40,018 nucleotides of DNA, taken from contig JARRQT010000012.1 of the NCBI GenBank assembly GCA_037381445.1, positions 1 through 40,018 on the forward strand, written 5' to 3'. The translations under genes and the position numbers were made by a program. The stretch's first letter is position 1. The number at the start of each line of letters is the position of its first letter. This document shows, one piece after another, positions 38,138 to 40,018 of this stretch. The notes below the pieces were generated by a model. That model saw only the letters and a list, made by a program, of their open reading frames with translations, made no database searches and was not told the origin of the DNA. This DNA is from Calditrichia bacterium. Its GTDB lineage: Bacteria; Calditrichota; Calditrichia; RBG-13-44-9.

Positions 38138-39268
38138 ATGACGAGAAAGTCTGTATATTTTTTAACATTTCTGCTCCTGATAATTCTTAGCTCCTGCGGA
38201 CGGCAAGATCAAATTGCAGGGAAATTCTCGGAAAGATCCGAAGAGATCGGGAAAAAGTATGCACCGGACAAGAGTCTGAATTTGTTCACCGCTCGATTAA
38301 CATACGGCGATAGTAAATGGGTGCTGAGAGGAGAAACCACGGTTCCCGCGGCAAAGGCTGAATTAGTATCCTGGGCAGATTCGGTTATAGGCGATGAAAA
38401 ATATCTTGATAGTCTGAGAGTTCTTCCGGATACGGATTTGGGCGACAATATTTATGGAATCATAAATGTAAGTGTGGCCAATATGAGGGATCATCCCCGG
38501 CATTCGGCCCAGATGGTGAATCAGTGTATCATGGGGAAGGCTGTGCACCTTTTGAAAAAAGACGGCGGCTGGTTTCTGGTGCAGACGGACTATGGGTATC
38601 TCGGATGGATGACTGAGGATTCGTTCCTGCGCACCGATCAAAATGGTAAAGAGGAATGGGAATCATCTAAAAAGGTAAAGGTCAAAGAGTTGTTCACAAT
38701 GATTCGTTCTCAGCCGGAAGATAATGCCGAGCCAGTTACCGATGTGGTATTGAATGCACGATTGAAGCCGGGAAAAATATTAGGTATATGGATGGAGGTT
38801 TCCACCCCGGACGGACGTGAGGGCTATCTTCCGCATCGCATGGTGTCGGATGAAGCCGGCGAAAAGCTTTCCGGCGACAAATTAAGATCAAAAATTGTAT
38901 TCACTGCCCGCAGCATGATGGGAATTCCGTATTTATGGGGAGGCAATTCACCAAAGGGAAATGATTGCTCGGGATTTACCCGCACCGTTTTTGAAGCAAA
39001 TGGCATTTATCTGCCGCGCGATGCCAGGCAACAGGTTTTTTCGGGAGAGGAAGTTGTGCCGGATGAAAATTTCTCCAATGTGCTGCCCGGCGATTTATTG
39101 TTCTTTGGCAGTAAAGAGCGAATAACGCACGTGGGAATCAGCCTGGGAGGCACAGAGTTCATTCATCAGAGCGGGTGGGTTCATGTTGCCAGCCTGAATC
39201 CAGGATCATCAGTTTACAGTCCATCACGGAAAAGTGGATTGCAGAAGATTAAGAGAATTTTTAAATAA
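38138..39268 (+). CDS. ykfC: SH3b + NlpC/P60 lipoprotein, YkfC-like gamma-D-Glu-diamino acid endopeptidase
   Basis: GAGG then ATG 38138; lipobox LSS-C; SH3b-like segments; PYLWGG...DCSG...PRDA...PGDLLFF...THVG...FIH (Cys-His-His triad). The ORF track extension to 37982 is unlikely. Confidence 0.87.
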   Translation: MTRKSVYFLTFLLLIILSSCGRQDQIAGKFSERSEEIGKKYAPDKSLNLFTARLTYGDSKWVLRGETTVPAAKAELVSWADSVIGDEKYLDSLRVLPDTDLGDNIYGIINVSVANMRDHPRHSAQMVNQCIMGKAVHLLKKDGGWFLVQTDYGYLGWMTEDSFLRTDQNGKEEWESSKKVKVKELFTMIRSQPEDNAEPVTDVVLNARLKPGKILGIWMEVSTPDGREGYLPHRMVSDEAGEKLSGDKLRSKIVFTARSMMGIPYLWGGNSPKGNDCSGFTRTVFEANGIYLPRDARQQVFSGEEVVPDENFSNVLPGDLLFFGSKERITHVGISLGGTEFIHQSGWVHVASLNPGSSVYSPSRKSGLQKIKRIFK

Positions 39269-39285
39269 CAGCGGAAAGGAAAATC

Positions 39286-40018
39286 ATGGTATTAAGCAGA
39301 AAAGAGTTCCTGTCAATTTCCGGAAGCACGTTTTTAGGGCTGACTTTTTTTAATCCCTTTTTCAAAGCTTCCGGCGCAGATTCGGGTGATTTTGAAAACA
39401 TACCTGGACTATCTCAAGAAATTCCAGCGATTATAAAACCAACGTTTTTGTAAAATTGCAAAGGGACGGCATTATTGGCTATGGCGAAGCGGCACCCAAT
39501 GTCAGGTATGGCGAAAATGCGGAACTGACAACCCAGAGATTAAACGAAGCGGCGCACATTCTGAAAGATCACGATTTGAATCATTATATTGACATAAAAG
39601 AGGCAATAGACTCCGCTATCTCTGATCAAAGCTGCGCCAAGGCTGCGCTTGATATCGCCATGATGGATTGGGTGGGAAAATCCATTGGTGTTCCGCTGTA
39701 TAAATTGTGGGGGCTCAATACGGCCCATTCACCGGCAACCTCATTTTCCATTGGTATTGATACACCGGAGGTCATCAAACAAAAAGTTGCCGAAGCCGCG
39801 CCCTATCGCATTCTGAAAATAAAAGTTGGTACAAAAGATGATGAAATGATTGTCAAAACGGTCCGCAGTGTGACGGATAAACCGATCCGGGTGGATGCCA
39901 ATGAAGGCTGGAAAACAAAAGAAGAGGCAATCAAAAAAATAGAATGGCTGGCCAATCAGGGCGTGGAATTTGTTGAGCAGCCGATGCCTTCAAATATGCT
40001 TGAAGAAACCGCCTGGCT
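39286..40018 (+). pseudogene. ykfB: L-Ala-D/L-Glu dipeptide epimerase (YkfB/YcjG, enolase superfamily) with Tat-like signal; frameshifted near 39395 and runs off the window
   Basis: Translated by hand. ATG 39286 gives MVLSRKEFL... which stops early. The frame opening at 39396 reads KHTWTISR...GYGEAAP...AALDIA..D..GK...PLY...TSFSIG...LKIKVG...RVDANEGW...FVEQP. Confidence 0.87.

Noticed and set aside
328..39728. Numerous short ORFs (60-205 aa) antisense to or overlapping the large genes
   Set aside because: They are shadow ORFs with no recognisable motifs, lying within well-supported genes.

Overview
This window holds one coherent cell-wall (peptidoglycan) scavenging locus. It most likely comes from a non-Bacteroidetes member or neighbour of the FCB group such as Calditrichota or KSB1. 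That assignment is inferred from YPNPFNP-type T9SS C-terminal domains (CTDs), PorV-like barrels, absence of SusD and use of Shine-Dalgarno sites. A short leftward arm carries nagX/HGSNAT-like, a frameshifted T9SS beta-propeller gene and namZ. It diverges from a ~35 kb rightward array. The array opens with a BadF/MurK-like kinase lacking its N-terminal ATP motif, a NagZ-AmiE-like fusion, an SSS symporter and murQ. Two tandem paralogous modules follow, each with a TonB-dependent receptor, a secreted protein with a variant CTD, and a PorV-like barrel. Then come an IPT/TIG lipoprotein, secreted modular hydrolases (GHL10/DigH-like, Amidase_3, NAGPA-like phosphodiester glycosidase) sharing an unnamed jelly-roll module, a YkfC-like NlpC/P60 peptidase and a Tat-signal L-Ala-D/L-Glu epimerase. 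The most novel aspects are the SusD-free receptor/CTD-protein/PorV triad, the candidate peptidoglycan-binding module, and enzymes that could strip or undo Gram-positive wall modifications. Four genes carry apparent 5'-region lesions, which are either real decay or assembly error. No rRNA, tRNA, CRISPR array or mobile element was seen. All family calls come from motif recognition by eye, not from database searches.
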